NCBI GenBank assembly: GCA_946407735.1
Contig: CAMJPL010000010.1
Location: 5,298 to 69,297 of the forward strand
Origin: an uncultured Clostridia bacterium
GTDB taxonomy: Bacteria; Bacillota; Clostridia; Oscillospirales; CAG-272
DNA length: 64,000 bases
Reading direction: 5' to 3'
Shown piece after piece: positions 47,406 through 56,836 of the stretch. Within the stretch, counting starts at the first letter, position 1; the number at the start of each line of letters is the position of its first letter. The position numbers and the translations under genes were made by a program. Below the pieces are notes generated by a model. It saw nothing but the letters and a program-made list of their open reading frames with translations. It was not told the origin of the DNA and searched no databases.

Positions 47406-48950
47406 TTATCCGAGCTCTTCTATCTTTGCAACGAGCTTATCTATATCCTTCTGCGCTTTTGAGGCGTATTTGGCGAACTTTGATGTGAAATCGCGGTCGT
47501 TTGTCATGGACATATAGATAAAATCCTGCGCTCCGCCGAACATGGCTTTGGCGCCTATATCGTTGACGCGGTTGTTGAATATAAGATCCAGCATATGCGA
47601 TGATTCCTCATCGCGCGTGATCTTGGTGTTCAGCACGGTATCGTAATATGCTGGCTTGAGCATCTTCGTTGAAACCCATGCCCAGTCGGAGAGCATTATG
47701 CCGAGATTCTCCATCTTTTCAGCATCAGGATTGTTCGGCACGCTGAGCGAAACGCTGGTCCACGCGTTGATCCATCCGCGGTATTCCTGCTGTTCTTCCT
47801 TCCATTTCGGACAAGGTATTATGCCGAAATCGGAGATCATGTCGCGCAGATAATGGGTGTTGTCGATGCGGACCCACATAAAGAGCGCCATATCGTTGCT
47901 GAAATTGCGATTCTTGACATCGTTGAAGTCTTCGCCGCCGTTGGACTCCCAGTACATGGTGTTCCACGAAAGAGTACCGTCGTAGAGGACGTCGGCCATA
48001 TCATTCAGGATAGTGAGCACGCTCTCGTTGTCGAAGGTCATATACGGGATATCATCCTCATCCTTCAACGCAAGGGCGTAACCGCCTGAGCTGAGGAAGG
48101 CGAGCATCGTATCCCGCTCGTAATAGATACCGTAGCGGTCGTACTGGTCAAGAACGCCGTCGCCGTTGATGTCTGATGTCACGTCCTTTGCCATCGAGCC
48201 CATCTTGTCTATCGTCCAGCGATAGTCATCCACCACGCCGTAGACATCCTCGAGACCGAAATCCTCGGCGAGCTTTTTGTTGAAGACCATGGCCGCGGTA
48301 GAATCCTTATCGCAGATAGAGATGTCCGAATCGACGCAGAAAAGCTTATTGCAGAGCGAATAATTCTTAGGCGAGTTCTGATCCCAGTACGGCGCGGTAA
48401 GATCAAGATTCGGCATTCCGTACAGATCGATTATATACCCGTCAGCGCCGAGAGAATGATAGAAGTGATGGCGGACGAAGAAGACATCATATGCTCCGTC
48501 GGCGGCTTTTACCGATTTTTTAACCTTGCTGTTGGACTGCTCGACGTTATCCATGTTGACATGGGTAATGCTGCAGTTGTACTTTTCCATTACATACAGG
48601 TTTCGGTTATAAATAGCGTCGTTTATCGGCTCGCCGTTGAGTTCGTCGACAAATATCTCGTTGCGCATGGCGAACGAATCGGCGGCATTCCAGTTATTTG
48701 TGAGTATGGTGAAGTTCGTCCCGCCCATATCGACCTCGCCGAAATCAGGCTTGATCTTTTCAAGCTCGGCGTTGCGAAGATCGTCTTAACTCATCGTTTC
48801 ACCGGTGGGTGATCCGGTCGTTTCGGCAGCCGCAGCTGTGGTCGACGCCGGAGCGGAATCAGCGCTTTCGCCGCATCCTGCAAATACAAGAAAGTTTGAC
48901 AGCGTCAGCGCGCACACTAATGAAATCTTAAGAGCTCTGCGGGAAAACAT
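47406..48950 (-). pseudogene. Solute-binding lipoprotein paralog 3, interrupted by an in-frame TAA
   Basis: ATG at 48950 after GGAGG encodes MFSRRALKISLVCALTLSNFLVFAGCGE... (lipobox), then TAA at 48786-48788. The same frame continues DDLRNAELEKIKPDFGEVDMGGTNFTIL into the listed 440-aa ORF. The total of 1545 nt equals 515 codons. Confidence 0.75.
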
Positions 48951-49029
48951 AAGAATCCTCCTATATAAATCAATTGGCTTATTAAATAAATATGCTTGGA
49001 TTCAGATGGAAACCTGGAACTTACAGAAA

Positions 49030-50586
49030 TCAGTACATACTCTTATGGATCGCTTCGACGGCCTTGATGACCTGCTGGATATAGTTGTTGATTGAACCGC
49101 TGCCGGAGTCCATATTCGTGAGGACGGTAAGGGTATACGGATGCTCGTCATACACTATGCCCATATCGTGATACGTCCCCCTGTCCCAGCCGTACTTATG
49201 CGCGACTGTCGTCGGCGACACGGCGGAGCATATCATGACGCGGTGCCCGGAATTTATCATCGCGTCGTACATAAATTCGGAATATGTCCTGTTCGACGAT
49301 AAAAACTCATATGTTTCGCGGAGGATCTTTCCGCCGTCACGGGCGGATATCTGCGCGAGTGATTTCGACATGGCGTCAAGCCCGAGTCTTGACACAAGGT
49401 CGCGCTGAAGGACGGTGTCATAAGCCTCCTTCAGCTGATAATACGCCACGTTGTCGCTGTAAAGAAGGAGATACTGGAACAGCTCGGCCATGGTATACAC
49501 CGTTCCGTCGGCGGCATTCTGTATCTTTCCGCTTCCGGCCTGCCATGACTGCGACGCGAAGTAAGCGAACTCCCTGTTGAAGTCATACGGATAATCAGTC
49601 CCCTGATACAGCTGGATCACCGGGATCTCCGGCTCGGCGGCGCCGTCGCCCTCCTGCGTTTCAGGCTGCGTTTCAGCGTCCTCCGCGGCGATGTCGTCAG
49701 CAGGCGGGAGCTCGGCTTCGGTTATCTCCTGTCCCAGACCCGCCTTATACTCCTCATACGCCGCCATCATGGCCGCGTATTCCTCCGGATGCGCTTCGGC
49801 GTAATCCGACGCCGCCTCAAGCACCGACAGAGTGAACGGCAGCTTTATAAGTGACGCGGTATGCCACGAGGTATCGGCGTTCCAGCTGAATTTATGGCCC
49901 GACAGAAGATCCTCGTAATACAGAGATATCGAATAAGAGTATGTTTTCGTTATCTTCGGTATGACGGGATTTCCTTCCTCGTCGAGAACCGGCTCGCCCT
50001 CTTCATCGGTTTCCGGCTCTCCGTCGATCTCGACCGTATATGTCGGAGGATTCCTCAATAGCCATATGAGATTGTTGACGAGGTCATACTGAGCGTTTAC
50101 GTCAAACACCGCCTGCTGCGAGTATAGCTCCTTCAGATGCTCGAGTCCGTCTTCGGCGGCTGTGAGCTTCTTGGATATCTCGGCAAGCTCACTGTCCTTA
50201 TCGGCGATCTGCGATTCAAGCTCCTTTATCCGCTCGTCCTTTTCGGTTATCTGACCGCTGTAATCGGACAGCTGGCTTTCAAGAGCCTCGCGCACGTCTA
50301 TTCCCTGTTCGGCTGACAGACGGTAGACCTCGAGCTCACGCTCAAGTGACGCCTTTTCATCGGTCAGCCGCTGATACTCATTCTGCAGAGCGGTTATCTG
50401 CCCCGCGAGGTTCTCGGGATCGGACGTCAGATAGTCGATTTGGGATTCGGCGCGGATCCTGTAATCGTCATACGCCGCCTGATCGGCTCTGTAAAGATAA
50501 TGGAAGTAAATCGCTATTCCCGCGAGCGCCGCGCAGGCGACGGCAAGCAGTATCAGCACGATTCTGAGATCGGCTTTCTTTTCCAT
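49030..50586 (-). CDS. Membrane-anchored serine hydrolase (class A beta-lactamase-like fold) with a long coiled-coil stalk
   Basis: N-terminal transmembrane helix, then ~150 aa of heptad-rich sequence. SxxK (SLIK), SDN (YSDNVAYY) and KxG (KYG) motifs occur in the canonical order. Confidence 0.7.
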   Translation of the reverse strand: MEKKADLRIVLILLAVACAALAGIAIYFHYLYRADQAAYDDYRIRAESQIDYLTSDPENLAGQITALQNEYQRLTDEKASLERELEVYRLSAEQGIDVREALESQLSDYSGQITEKDERIKELESQIADKDSELAEISKKLTAAEDGLEHLKELYSQQAVFDVNAQYDLVNNLIWLLRNPPTYTVEIDGEPETDEEGEPVLDEEGNPVIPKITKTYSYSISLYYEDLLSGHKFSWNADTSWHTASLIKLPFTLSVLEAASDYAEAHPEEYAAMMAAYEEYKAGLGQEITEAELPPADDIAAEDAETQPETQEGDGAAEPEIPVIQLYQGTDYPYDFNREFAYFASQSWQAGSGKIQNAADGTVYTMAELFQYLLLYSDNVAYYQLKEAYDTVLQRDLVSRLGLDAMSKSLAQISARDGGKILRETYEFLSSNRTYSEFMYDAMINSGHRVMICSAVSPTTVAHKYGWDRGTYHDMGIVYDEHPYTLTVLTNMDSGSGSINNYIQQVIKAVEAIHKSMY

Positions 50587-50623
50587 GTGTGAAATATATC
50601 CGGAAAATTATAAATCCTATTTT

Positions 50624-51751
50624 TTATTTTACCTGCGATCCGTTTATCCAGACGCTTCTGACACAGCCCTTAACGTCGAGCGGGTCGCCTTCGATAATGG
50701 AGAAATCGGCGTCCTTTCCTGGTTTCAGGGATCCCACCCTGTCGTCCACGCCGAGTATCTTCGCCGGGTTGATCGTTATCGAGGCGAGAGCCGAGTCATC
50801 GCTCAGTCCCGCTTTCCTCGCGTATCCGGCGCAGATCGGGAGATACTGGAGCGGCGTTACCGGATGGTCGACGGTGAGCCCGATCAGGACTCCTGCTTTG
50901 TCGAGGATACCGGCGTTGGCGAAGGTGGAGTTCGCGAGCTCGGGCTTTGAGCGGTCGGTGAGATTCGGTCCGACAAACGCCCGCACATGCTCCGCGGCGA
51001 GATAATCGGCTATGAGATGCCCTTCTGTGCAGTGAACGATCACATAATCAAGGCTGAATTCTTTGCATATCCTTATCGCGGTGAAGATATCGTCGGCGCG
51101 GTGAGAATGGATATGCACGGTAAGCTCACCGTTTATGACAGGCTTCAGTGCTTCGCATCTGAAATCGAAAGCCGGCTTATCGTCCCCGGCGTATCTTTTC
51201 GCCTTGAACAGCGCTTCGCGTATGACAGCGGCGGTTGCCATCCTCGTCTCGGGAGTCCGCCCCTTATCGTGATACACCCGCTTAGGGTTTTCTCCCATAG
51301 CCATCTTCATCGAGACCGGCGCTTTGACGATCATATCGTCGATCCGTCTTCCGCAGGTCTTTATGCAGGCGAACTGGCCGCCGATCGGATTCGCCGATCC
51401 CGGCCCGGCGGCGACGCATGTGACGCCGCCTTCGTATGCCTCCCTGAAAGCCCTGTCATAGGGGTTGATGCAGTCTATCGCACGGAGATACGGCGTGACG
51501 GGATCGGTCATCTCGTTCACGTCGTCTCCTTCAAAAGTAAGGGAATCCTCGATAATGCCGATATGCGAATGCCCGTCGATAAAGCCTGGATAAAGCCCGG
51601 CCCCTCCGGCGTCGATTTCGTCACTGTCGGATCCGGTATAATCTCCCTCACCCAGCGCACGGATCACACCGCCGTCAAATTCAATCCATCCGCTGCCGAT
51701 CACGCGGAAGCCCTCTTCCATCGTATGGATCTCGGCGTTCTTTATCACCAT
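50624..51751 (-). CDS. Amidohydrolase family metallo-hydrolase
   Basis: GFIDGHSHIG metal-binding HxH motif, later His/Asp ligands (VHIHSHR, DHP), 375 aa. Confidence 0.8.
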   Translation of the reverse strand: MVIKNAEIHTMEEGFRVIGSGWIEFDGGVIRALGEGDYTGSDSDEIDAGGAGLYPGFIDGHSHIGIIEDSLTFEGDDVNEMTDPVTPYLRAIDCINPYDRAFREAYEGGVTCVAAGPGSANPIGGQFACIKTCGRRIDDMIVKAPVSMKMAMGENPKRVYHDKGRTPETRMATAAVIREALFKAKRYAGDDKPAFDFRCEALKPVINGELTVHIHSHRADDIFTAIRICKEFSLDYVIVHCTEGHLIADYLAAEHVRAFVGPNLTDRSKPELANSTFANAGILDKAGVLIGLTVDHPVTPLQYLPICAGYARKAGLSDDSALASITINPAKILGVDDRVGSLKPGKDADFSIIEGDPLDVKGCVRSVWINGSQVK

Positions 51752-51762
51752 AGCTTTATTTC

Positions 51763-52671
51763 TTACGCTCTGTGCTTTTTCGCGTACAGCCTTGCCTTCT
51801 CGGAGGCTTTCGCACCGTCCGACGCGGCGACGACGACCTGCTTCATATTTCCGCTTACAACGTCTCCCGCGGCGAAAATGCCGGGGACGTCTGTCGCGAG
51901 ATCATTCGTTATGATATATCCCTTTGAATCGAGCCTGACGCCGCTCGGAGCGAAACCGACAACCGGCTCTGTCCCGATCGAGACGAACACGCCGGATACG
52001 GCGAGAGTCTCGTTTTGACCGTCCTTATGAGAGACGTCGAGACCTTCGACCGAGAACATGCCGTTTATCTTTGTGGCAACCGTATCGGGCATCAGAACGA
52101 TATTATCCGGGATCTCGCCCTCAGCCTTTGCCTTGTCTATATCCTCCGACGATCTGTAAATGAGGTAGACCTTTCCGCAGAGTGCGGACAGATATATCGC
52201 GTCCTCGAGCGCTGTGGGAGTGCCGCCGATGACGGCCGTATCGAGACCCTTGAAGAAATTGCCGTCGCAGGTGGCGCAGTACGAAACGCCGGAGCCGGTG
52301 AGCTCCTTCTCGCCCTCGATGCCGAGCTTTGACTTTTTGGCGCCTGTCGCTATTATGACGGCTCCCGCGTCTATGCTCTCGCCGGATGTCCTGACATTGA
52401 AACGGCCGCTTTCAAGCGGCTCGATATCGAGAACGGCAGCCGATATGATCTCGGCGCCGAGCCTGACCGCCTGAGCTTTGAACTGCTCGGCGAGATCGAA
52501 TCCGCCGATCTTCCCTGCGCCGGGATAATTCTCGATCACCGGGATCTGGGCGAGCTGACCTCCGGAGGCCAGCTTCTCGGCGACGACGGTCTTCATATTG
52601 GCGCGGGCGGAATACATGGCGGCGGTAAGTCCGGCCGGTCCGGCTCCGATTATAAGTATATCACATCTCAT
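51763..52671 (-). CDS. trxB: Thioredoxin-disulfide reductase
   Basis: IIGAGPAG FAD motif, redox-active CATCDG, and a second Rossmann motif (VIGGTPTA). Confidence 0.9.
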   Translation of the reverse strand: MRCDILIIGAGPAGLTAAMYSARANMKTVVAEKLASGGQLAQIPVIENYPGAGKIGGFDLAEQFKAQAVRLGAEIISAAVLDIEPLESGRFNVRTSGESIDAGAVIIATGAKKSKLGIEGEKELTGSGVSYCATCDGNFFKGLDTAVIGGTPTALEDAIYLSALCGKVYLIYRSSEDIDKAKAEGEIPDNIVLMPDTVATKINGMFSVEGLDVSHKDGQNETLAVSGVFVSIGTEPVVGFAPSGVRLDSKGYIITNDLATDVPGIFAAGDVVSGNMKQVVVAASDGAKASEKARLYAKKHRA

Positions 52672-52678
52672 ACGGGTT

Positions 52679-52987
52679 TTATTTTATAAGTTCGTTGTAG
52701 AATATTATCTCATCCGGCATGCGAAGGCCGAGCTTCTCTCTCGCCACATTCTTGATATACTCATCATCATAGGGTCTCGCGAGCTGATCCTCAAGCTCTT
52801 CAACCTCTTCGGCGTAATCATTTACCTGCTTTTCCAGCTCGTCACGCTGCTCCACGAGATCGTTGGCCTTTGCGTTCAGCCTGATGATCGATCCGATGAG
52901 AAACAGTATGACCGCGACGGATGCGATGCGGACAAATATGTTCTGCCACGCCTGAGGTTTTCTTTCATAACTGGCTTCCGATGTCAT
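52679..52987 (-). CDS. Septum formation initiator (FtsB/DivIC family)
   Basis: 102 aa with a single transmembrane segment followed by a coiled coil. Located next to the S4-domain gene, as in the Bacillus yabO...divIC region. Confidence 0.75.
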   Translation of the reverse strand: MTSEASYERKPQAWQNIFVRIASVAVILFLIGSIIRLNAKANDLVEQRDELEKQVNDYAEEVEELEDQLARPYDDEYIKNVAREKLGLRMPDEIIFYNELIK

Positions 52988-52989
52988 GA

Positions 52990-53232
52990 TCAGGTTATCA
53001 CCTCATACATCGACCCGGCTTCAGCCTTGCCCGCGTGTTCCTTGACGTCGACGACGCGGACCTTCAAAACGCGTTCTCCGAAGCGTATCTCGATGATATC
53101 GCCTTCCTTGACGTCATATGAGGCTTTGGCGGGACGGCCGTTCACGCTCACATGCTCGTTGTCGCAGGCGTCATTCGCGACGGTCCGCCGCTTTATGATG
53201 CGCGATACCTTTAAAAATTTATCAATTCGCAT
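52990..53232 (-). CDS. S4-domain RNA-binding protein (YabO/Hsp15-like)
   Basis: 80 aa, with MRIDKFLKVSRIIKRRTVA typical of the S4 domain. Confidence 0.85.
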   Translation of the reverse strand: MRIDKFLKVSRIIKRRTVANDACDNEHVSVNGRPAKASYDVKEGDIIEIRFGERVLKVRVVDVKEHAGKAEAGSMYEVIT

Positions 53233-53270
53233 AGTAAAAACAGTCTGTGGATAAAAACAGTTCGGATATC

Positions 53271-53729
53271 TCAGCCTTTTCTCGAGGCCCAGACCTTTTT
53301 CAGGGTCGAGTAGACGTGTTCGTTCGGATTCCCTGTCCTGAAATACTCGCCGCTGTCTCCGCCCAGCATCTCGACGATGAAGGCGGCGACGGCTCTCGAG
53401 CGGGATTCTCCGCCAAAGCAGTGGACCATAAGGGTGTCGACGTTCCTCGCTCTCATCGTAAAATCGATGATATCGTTCGCGTCGTCCTCGGAAAACAGAA
53501 CGGCGCCGTCTATCTCCCTTACGATATCGTCAAAATAAAGCGTCATCACGCCCCTGCAGAACCTGTTTTCGGTAAACTCGAACCCGAACCCGTCCGTATG
53601 CGTGTCCTGGATGGATATCACGGCATATGTATCGCTTTGCCTCGCGAACTCCTCCTGACCGAACGGATAATAATGATCCATCACATAGTCGAAGGCTTCA
53701 TAAACGGATTTCAGAAGGATACGTTTCAT
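53271..53729 (-). CDS. Small protein-tyrosine-phosphatase-like protein (CX5R motif)
   Basis: VHCFGGESRSRA matches the HCxxGxxRS P-loop of Cys-based phosphatases. Confidence 0.55.
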   Translation of the reverse strand: MKRILLKSVYEAFDYVMDHYYPFGQEEFARQSDTYAVISIQDTHTDGFGFEFTENRFCRGVMTLYFDDIVREIDGAVLFSEDDANDIIDFTMRARNVDTLMVHCFGGESRSRAVAAFIVEMLGGDSGEYFRTGNPNEHVYSTLKKVWASRKG

Positions 53730-53888
53730 TGTCTTGATATCAGAATCAGAACCGTAAGAAAAGAATCAGGGCGGCGGATGCGGCGTCAAGCGCGTTGAAC
53801 GCGCAAGCGCTCAGCATTCCCGACGCCCTGCTTCGTCCTTTTGATTAGGATGTGTAATTAGCCGTTTTGCGGCTGTCAGCGTGACAGA

Positions 53889-54167
53889 TTACTTGTTGAC
53901 GCTGTCCTTGAGATTCTTGCCGGCAGAGAAAGCGACGCGCTTGGAAGCGGCGATCTTGATGGCCTTGCCGTTCTGAGGGTTGCGGCCGGTGCGGGCGGGA
54001 CGCTCTTTGACCTCGAAGGTGCCGAAACCGGTGAGCTGAACCTTTTCACCGGCGGCGAGAGCGGCGGAGATGGCGGAGATGGTCTCGGCGACGGCGGCTT
54101 CGGAATCCTTCTTCTTAAGACCGGTAGCGGCGGCGACGGATTCAACAAGATTGGACTTTGTGATCAT
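53889..54167 (-). CDS. hup: HU family DNA-binding protein
   Basis: 92 aa, with [21 protein letters not shown] arm sequence. Confidence 0.95.
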   Translation of the reverse strand: MITKSNLVESVAAATGLKKKDSEAAVAETISAISAALAAGEKVQLTGFGTFEVKERPARTGRNPQNGKAIKIAASKRVAFSAGKNLKDSVNK

Positions 54168-54285
54168 AGCGATTCACCTTTCATGATGTTTGATTTGATT
54201 TAAAGACAATTTGATTTTGAAGCTTCGGCAGCACCCATGCGGCGTGAGGAGCCGCTGTTCTGCGGGATTTTGCCTATCATCAAAT

Positions 54286-54314
54286 AGTATATCATCTTTT
54301 CCTCAATTTAGCAA
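54286..54314 (-). promoter_or_regulatory. Candidate sigma-A promoter of hup
   Basis: Minus strand TTGCTA, 17-nt spacer, TATACT. Leaves a ~120-nt leader. Confidence 0.45.
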
Positions 54315-54433
54315 TAGGTTTTAAAATATTTTTTGCTCAAAACCTCAATTTTTAACTTTTTTTTCAAAGTTTGGAGCGACAAACCCGCGTTTTCAGCGGG
54401 TAAAGGAGTCAAACAGGCTATTTTGCGGCTTCG

Positions 54434-55117
54434 TCATTCGGACATATTTTTAATGAATCTTTCGCATTCGTCGTAAAGCGCCTGCTCCGGCTCGATATCA
54501 AGCTCTCTCGCCGCTCCGGCTATCTCGAACAGATCGTGACCTATGGCGGCGGCTCTTTCGTTGTCGGGAATATCGGAATATTTTCCGATCGCCGGATTCG
54601 GTTCGGCCCTGCCGGCTTTTACGGCTTTATGCGAGAGCTTCGCCGCTCTCATAAGAGACGGCAGGGTCTTTGAAACGTCGCTCAGCGCCTCGCCGAGTGT
54701 CGTGTTCCCGTGCGTCTTCTGCTTTATTGAATCCCAGTTTGTAAGAACGCCTTCGACTCCGTCGACCTTTACCTCTCCGAAGACATGCGGATGCCTGATG
54801 ATAAGCTTCGCCGAGATATCGGAAACGACGTCGCTGAAATCGAATTTCCCGTCTTCTTCGGCAAGTCTTGAATGGAATATCACCTGAAGCAGGATATCAC
54901 CGAGCTCCTCTCTCAGGTGCTCGTCGTCGCCGCTGTCTATCGCGTCCGCCGCTTCGTAAGTTTCCTCGATAAGATCGTTCCTTATCGTCTTATGAGTCTG
55001 AACGCTGTCCCACGGGCATCCGTCAGGTGCGCGGAGGATCTTCATTATCGTCAGCAGATCGTCGAGCGTGAATCTCGACTGCCCGGCAAGCCGCTTCTTT
55101 TCGTTTTCAAATGACAT
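54434..55117 (-). CDS. mazG: MazG nucleoside triphosphate pyrophosphohydrolase
   Basis: Two MazG EExxE-type repeats (LIEETYEAADAI, LREELGDILLQV). Start set to Met30 of the listed ORF, because the longer form overlaps the upstream gene by 68 nt. Confidence 0.85.
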   Translation of the reverse strand: MSFENEKKRLAGQSRFTLDDLLTIMKILRAPDGCPWDSVQTHKTIRNDLIEETYEAADAIDSGDDEHLREELGDILLQVIFHSRLAEEDGKFDFSDVVSDISAKLIIRHPHVFGEVKVDGVEGVLTNWDSIKQKTHGNTTLGEALSDVSKTLPSLMRAAKLSHKAVKAGRAEPNPAIGKYSDIPDNERAAAIGHDLFEIAGAARELDIEPEQALYDECERFIKNMSE

Positions 55118-55136
55118 AAAAAACACCTCGCGCAAA

Positions 55137-56780
55137 TCACATAAGCTTAAGTCTGTGCATGATATTGTAGACCTTCTCGCCTCTGGGTATGAGCTCGAGC
55201 TCATCTTTGGTGAACCCGCGCAGGAACAGTATCAGGACAAGATAGACGACGACAGCGGCCAGAATACCTGCCACGGTGCAGAGCCTTCCGGGAAGATAAT
55301 CGAGCAGAAGCTGATATACCAGCCTCGCCGACGCTCCGGCGCCTATGCCGCCGATCATCGGCTTTACAATGCCTCCGAGTACCTTAAGCGAAACTCCGGC
55401 GTATTTCTTAAGGAAATAGAAATCGCAGACGGCGATCGTGAAATAGCAGAGGAAGGTCCCTATCGGAGCTCCGTAGATGCCTATATTCGGGCGGGAGACG
55501 AGTATCACGCTGGCCCCGAGCTTTACCGCCGAGCCAATGAGCATCGAGATTATCGGCTTCCTCTCATATCCGTGCGACTGCAGTATCGCGTTCGTTATAG
55601 ATAACAGCCCGACGAACATGCAGGCGGGGGCGAGCACGGTCAGAAGCGGAGCGGCCTGTATCGCCGACTCGCGCTTGTACAGCATGAGAAGTATCGGCTC
55701 TGCCATAGCCGAAAGACCGAACGCACAGGGGGTTATGATCAGCATGACCGTCCTGATGGCGGCATTCATTATACGGTTGACCTCTTCCCTGCTGCCGCGC
55801 GTTATCGTCGCCTTGAGAAGCGGGATGAGAGAATACGAGATCGGATATATGAGCACCGGCGGAAGGTTGAACATCGGTATCGCGAGCGCCGTATAGTTGC
55901 CATACGCGGCGACCGCGCTCGTGTGTATCATGCCGGCCATTTCGAGACATCTTACGATGATCGTGCCGTCGAGAAGACTCGTCAGCGAAGGCATCGAGGC
56001 CGCGATGGTGATCGGGATCGCTATCCCGGCGAGAGAGCCGACCAGCTTTCCCGATGTGCGCACAGCCATTTTTTCGCTGTCCGGGGTCATGTACTCGGCG
56101 TCATATATCTCCGAGCGGAAGCAGAGCTTCGATATCACGAGATAGACCATACCGGCGAAGGCGCCGATCGTAAGACCGGCGATAGCCAGCGCGGCGACGG
56201 TGGGAAGCGGATATCCGCACGCCATACCGTACAGCGCGAACACGATGCCGAGCGCCATCTTGCCGACGGCTTCTATTATCTGCGATACGGCCGTCGGGGC
56301 CATATGCTGATACGCCTGGAAGTACCCGCGGATAGCTGAGGAGATGCAGATGAAGAACAGCGTCGGCGCTATGGCTATGATGCACCAGTTGATCTCTGGA
56401 GAAGCCATCAAGGCCGCGAAGCCGCCTGAGCCGATCATCATGATCAGCATGCCGGCTAGACCTATCACGAGGAACATGGTGAGCGAGACGCGGAAGATCC
56501 GCTTGACCTCCGGGATATTTCCCTTCGCTCTCGCTTCGCTCGTCATCACAGAGACAGCCGTCGGAAGCCCTGAGGTGGATATCTGGTAAAACCACACATA
56601 TATGACATATGTGAGGTTGAAATATCCCATCCCCTCGTCTCCGATTATATTGGTGATAGGTATCTTGAAGAGGAGACCTATGACCTTTATAAGGATATTG
56701 GAAAATGTCAGTATCAGCACTCCGGAGAAGAACAGGTTCTTCTGGTTCTTCGACCGCGGCTTGTTTTTCGCTTTATTCAT
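55137..56780 (-). CDS. MOP-superfamily flippase (polysaccharide biosynthesis protein, SpoVB/MurJ/YabM-like)
   Basis: 547 aa with about 14 transmembrane segments. Located upstream of mazG, as yabM is in Bacillus. Confidence 0.8.
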   Translation of the reverse strand: MNKAKNKPRSKNQKNLFFSGVLILTFSNILIKVIGLLFKIPITNIIGDEGMGYFNLTYVIYVWFYQISTSGLPTAVSVMTSEARAKGNIPEVKRIFRVSLTMFLVIGLAGMLIMMIGSGGFAALMASPEINWCIIAIAPTLFFICISSAIRGYFQAYQHMAPTAVSQIIEAVGKMALGIVFALYGMACGYPLPTVAALAIAGLTIGAFAGMVYLVISKLCFRSEIYDAEYMTPDSEKMAVRTSGKLVGSLAGIAIPITIAASMPSLTSLLDGTIIVRCLEMAGMIHTSAVAAYGNYTALAIPMFNLPPVLIYPISYSLIPLLKATITRGSREEVNRIMNAAIRTVMLIITPCAFGLSAMAEPILLMLYKRESAIQAAPLLTVLAPACMFVGLLSITNAILQSHGYERKPIISMLIGSAVKLGASVILVSRPNIGIYGAPIGTFLCYFTIAVCDFYFLKKYAGVSLKVLGGIVKPMIGGIGAGASARLVYQLLLDYLPGRLCTVAGILAAVVVYLVLILFLRGFTKDELELIPRGEKVYNIMHRLKLM

Positions 56781-56836
56781 TTATTGATATTATATCGTGA
56801 TCAGGATTATGATTTTACGCCGCGCGGCTGCGGCTG

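Noticed and set aside
50987-52018. 343-aa ORF on the + strand spanning two genes.
   Set aside because: It is antisense to both the amidohydrolase and trxB genes, and the real genes have clear catalytic motifs. The same reasoning was applied to 37277-38182, 38363-39133, 43005-43829, 22561-23391, 62550-63239 and 53247-53798.
55118-55204. 29-codon N-terminal extension of the MazG ORF.
   Set aside because: It would overlap the upstream flippase gene by 68 nt. The conserved MazG sequence begins at the internal Met (MSFENEKK).
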